From positions 1-62,793 of the IMG/VR virus record IMGVR_UViG_3300023096_000006: a stretch of DNA of 62,793 nt. One strand, 5' to 3'. The position numbers were made by a program, and so were the translations under genes. Below the pieces are notes generated by a model. That model was given only the letters and a program-made list of their open reading frames with translations. It did not search any database and was not told the DNA's origin. The DNA is from a virus. Lineage: Duplodnaviria; Caudoviricetes. Below, piece by piece: positions 60,401-62,793 of the stretch. Each line of letters begins with the position of its first letter. The first letter of the stretch is position 1.

Positions 60401-62793
60401 CCCAGGATTCCCAGTCTTCCGTCATCCCCCAGGTGTCCTTACCGTACGTCTCGGCATTGGCCTGAAGTTCAGGGATGCTGTCCTTGTTGTCGTTGAACCA
60501 GTCGAAGGCAGCAACCTTTCCGCCATAGCCGTCCCACTGTGTGGGGAAGTCCGTGTCCTGGAAGTACTTGTCGTAAGACTTGACAGGCTTAACGTCATCT
60601 GTCCAGCTAAGTGGCGGGCTCTTTGGCTCTGCCCCCTGCGCGGCAAGCTGCTTCGCGTGTGAGGAGTAGGAGTCAACAGTCTCCTTGTCACCAGTAAGGT
60701 GAGCGATTGCCCAAGCGTGCTTCTGTGAACCGGTGAGATAAGTAGGATTTTGCATTTGCGCCTTGATGAGGTAGTTGTTTGTCTCGTCCATGGACCAATC
60801 AAGTCCAGGGTCCGACCATGTACCCTCTACCTTTACACCAGCGGGCAGTTCTCCCGCAACTGCTGCGCCCCACTTGACGTTGTGAGTTTCCGAATTGTCT
60901 GGGTAACCTGGGTGCGCGTAGCCCTGAGGAAGAGACTTTCCAGAAGACACAGCGGCGTTGAACTCGACGTTGTAGGCCTGCTTGAAGTTTCCGGCCTTCA
61001 CATAAGAAGCCCAGTTCAACTTCTGCTGCTTGTCCATCGTTCCAGGAAGCTGACCGATGACCTTACCGTCGCCAAACATCGCTGAAATTGTCTTTACGAC
61101 CTGTGTCGCTTCAGACGCTGACGCGTAGTAATAGTTGGGCACGGCAAAAGACACCAAGCCCTCAGGAGGAAGCGCGTACCCAAGCTCGTCATAGTTGAAG
61201 AGCTTCGTCGTATCTACATCAGGAACAGTCGTGTCCAGAGAATCCAACGTAGCGTCAATGTGCTCAGAGAAGTACTTCTTGACATTGGCAGGCGTGTACT
61301 CGTCATATACCTCTAGAAGCTTAGCCTTTCCAAGAACAGCATCCATGCCTCCCAGGCCAGCATTCTTCAACACAGTTCCAACAGACGTGTCACCAGTCTC
61401 CGAAAGGAACTTCTTTGCCTTCAAAAGCGTGATGGCATCTGTCCCGGCTCCGAACCAGTACAGGTTTCCTGAGTAGTTCTTAGGCAGCACAGAAGTACCC
61501 GTAGAGTCCAACAGCTTTCCCGTAAGGAATTTCGTCTTCAGAGAAGCCTTCGTGACCTTAACGGAATCTTCCTGGCCCAGACTTTCAATCCTGTACTTGT
61601 TCAAGTACCAGCCTTTTAGGTAACCTTCTGTTCCACTATCCGACTTCCAGGTACCATCTTCCTGCTTCGTAATAACGTCAGCAAAGTACTTAGACGAAAC
61701 TTGCGAGCCCACCGGTGCGGTATCTACAAAGGTGGAATCAGGCTTCTGGCCTAGCTTGTATTCTCCCCAAGAGGACTTAGGCTTCGTGTGAGAAACCTCA
61801 GCGCCAGCAACCTCGAATACCTGAGCCTTAGGACTTGTAGGAACGCCTAGGAAGTACTTACCATCAGGAAGCTGACTGATGTCTCCGACACTCTTCTTGG
61901 TAGAAGGAGATGTAGATAGGGATTCCTCAGTGCTGACCTTCGGTGGACCTACCTTGTCAATGGCATAGATGTTGAAGCCTTCGTCCCACTTCTTCTTGAC
62001 GCCAGCAACATCCAGTGCAGTCGTCTTACCGGCAAGGCCAGCGTAGACGCCCGTACCGTCTTCGTTGATGAAGAGAGCGGTCTTTCCACCCTTCAGGTAC
62101 TTTCCGGGCTGTAGCTTGTGTGGGTTCTGAGGTTCAGGGAAACTCTCATAGAGGTCTGGTACATCCTTGAGAGCATCAGCCATGTCTCCATCAGAAAGAA
62201 CCCAAGAAGAGTTGTCATTCAGAGCATATGCAGTGTAGGAGCCATTCGCCATTTTCTGGTAAACAATGACACCCGACTTGTGCTTGAAGACTGTCAAACC
62301 AGACATGCTGTTCAGGTCTTCAGCGGTCAGTGTCTTGCTCTGCTCAACACCTACCTGCTCAGCGGCAGACTCAGGAGCTTGCGTGTACTCCTGCTCGCTG
62401 TACTCAATGTCTGGAGATTCAGCCTCAACACCAGGAGCATCTTCCTTGTGCACTTCTCCTGGTGCAGCGTCGTACTTGACCGTTCCCATCTTGAAGAACG
62501 TCTTGAACTCGGGAGGTTCCCACGTGGAGTTCATATTAGGTTCGCCGTCAGGGTTGATGAAGTTCCAGTTCTCAGACTTCTTGATGAACTTAGTGCCATT
62601 TACACTGATGGTCGTGTCCAGGGGAAGGCTGTCTAGAGAATCTTCGTCTGGAAGATTATCTCCCTGCACGTAAGAAACCTCTGGAAGGTCTACTTCTGGA
62701 GTATCTTCAGGCCCACTCTTGTACGTAACGAACTTGCTCTTAATAGCGCCACCGAAAGAATTCGAACTGATTCCCTTGGCTCCATCCACAGCA
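57450..62793 (-). CDS. Giant multidomain protein (5'-partial) with PI3/4-kinase/HipA-like and ART-like regions
   Basis: Frame open to the window edge; FYAK, E, DWLL.NDD.K.DN, GID..RSF; C-terminal H...I..GGLL...E. Confidence 0.7.
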   Translation of the reverse strand, partial: AVDGAKGISSNSFGGAIKSKFVTYKSGPEDTPEVDLPEVSYVQGDNLPDEDSLDSLPLDTTISVNGTKFIKKSENWNFINPDGEPNMNSTWEPPEFKTFFKMGTVKYDAAPGEVHKEDAPGVEAESPDIEYSEQEYTQAPESAAEQVGVEQSKTLTAEDLNSMSGLTVFKHKSGVIVYQKMANGSYTAYALNDNSSWVLSDGDMADALKDVPDLYESFPEPQNPHKLQPGKYLKGGKTALFINEDGTGVYAGLAGKTTALDVAGVKKKWDEGFNIYAIDKVGPPKVSTEESLSTSPSTKKSVGDISQLPDGKYFLGVPTSPKAQVFEVAGAEVSHTKPKSSWGEYKLGQKPDSTFVDTAPVGSQVSSKYFADVITKQEDGTWKSDSGTEGYLKGWYLNKYRIESLGQEDSVKVTKASLKTKFLTGKLLDSTGTSVLPKNYSGNLYWFGAGTDAITLLKAKKFLSETGDTSVGTVLKNAGLGGMDAVLGKAKLLEVYDEYTPANVKKYFSEHIDATLDSLDTTVPDVDTTKLFNYDELGYALPPEGLVSFAVPNYYYASASEATQVVKTISAMFGDGKVIGQLPGTMDKQQKLNWASYVKAGNFKQAYNVEFNAAVSSGKSLPQGYAHPGYPDNSETHNVKWGAAVAGELPAGVKVEGTWSDPGLDWSMDETNNYLIKAQMQNPTYLTGSQKHAWAIAHLTGDKETVDSYSSHAKQLAAQGAEPKSPPLSWTDDVKPVKSYDKYFQDTDFPTQWDGYGGKVAAFDWFNDNKDSIPELQANAETYGKDTWGMTEDWESWGESYKKATALAVVKQYFQVKHEAYEAEKLIPVYTKEAGQTKGSHPGAYYTDQFGNKFYAKWWDYEDQLSNYRLEIEHAGNLIGRAFGFKTANSKLVNQDGHYMQLQSKVDGIGDLTGFDYSTISPTMLADIEGEHMLDWLLQNDDTKADNAIVTSFGNVVGIDKARSFKDYGVVDWNHDAPDGNLSIYTRLYDAISHGDVSKETMDAAYNKLLKTARRMQKADNEKFFKLIEEGSANRPSWTIGYQIDGKTVSQDVEGLKAAFADQKSKLVEKVESEWAVLYKKAGYGEPPEVVVPALAEGIISGMDSPELHEQVFQSKASGKTAMIGGSQVIGGTVLVWNEQDETGSQQVMGEAYLAPKAQEEALAFFTKYAGESAPQVVSTSFANYDTYQNSLISAAKTVNQHFDDKAYNASTIGEFDANMEFITNELAEWSSTLQSNSSANGLDAYKFKTGRTVPMEHLPQYKLMLEYYSEKYTLVKNAYDKQEKAPVVNAYTTIAPAAQTEILTSSDGTTKLVSMAQGKWLVSNESGVSLQELSGDEISALKSEGYTSSLGIDTPEEDGTPLGAVFTKNSYTHEKHGTHDPKTNVKVVNYASVSSGAEGQEFQATLPTGEKIYWRNADHTNTSRGQHGKLSFHIPNTGEPTAVAASMARIQEFMSVMGIDNHAADHTDAELTYWREMYSILENRNHEGAKSEKFFKVYSEMKKKVKEVGGKENQFLENLSASMTPDEEVQYWRDLWSTQFAEKVTKLVDTEGYLPKFDHQNIQDPDLSTGKPYWERFDVTFDELMERNAWLGHSSGNTAGNLDEIEHGGLLGGEERIRQLGKIFTGGGYGSSSPISDQNNGASHQIYTRLVDASGLQHYNYVLSPRLMLRTRTYVLTGDQYGKLDSRKSDTQSDLMDLIDNHMGAGGELMTPHMATVLDGVEFIVFEEGDQSKREAQIQKLKALGLETIRGLPIEERLVMRMNLQASIQKVKETWKQTT

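Noticed and set aside
292-62673. Numerous plus-strand ORFs (e.g. 5244-6308, 8264-8980, 42089-42919, 50453-51328, 57417-58232)
   Set aside because: Antisense shadows of well-supported minus-strand genes, with no recognisable motifs

Overview
Part of a large lytic siphovirus genome, most likely infecting an actinobacterium (inferred from gene content and signals). Essentially all real genes are on the minus strand. In transcription order (right to left): a giant (>1779 aa, 5'-truncated) protein with kinase-like and ADP-ribosyltransferase-like regions; head genes (protease/scaffold, decoration, major capsid, connectors, a pyocin-knob fibre); NrdH; a glycosyltransferase; tail genes (major tail, frameshifted chaperones, tape measure, minor tails, fibres); holin; a replication/transcription block (SNF2 helicase, two sigma factors, DnaB, ThyX, primase Zn domain, delta/delta-prime-like clamp-loader subunits, PolA, SSB, RuvC-like, RecA); and a ~2.6 kb array of 14 tRNAs plus one degenerate tRNA. 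The most unusual material lies between the tRNAs, where most spacers fold into structured non-tRNA RNAs: a circularly permuted (Y-RNA-like) tRNA mimic, a rod with a symmetric 11x11 bubble, a pseudoknot and others. A boxA-like motif is repeated through the array. Several tRNAs are non-canonical (short-arm Leu, C1:G72 Tyr). A -35-less GCGATAGTAGAA motif occurs 10 times, mostly before late genes. All protein calls come from motif recognition by eye and all RNA folds were paired by hand; no searches were run.
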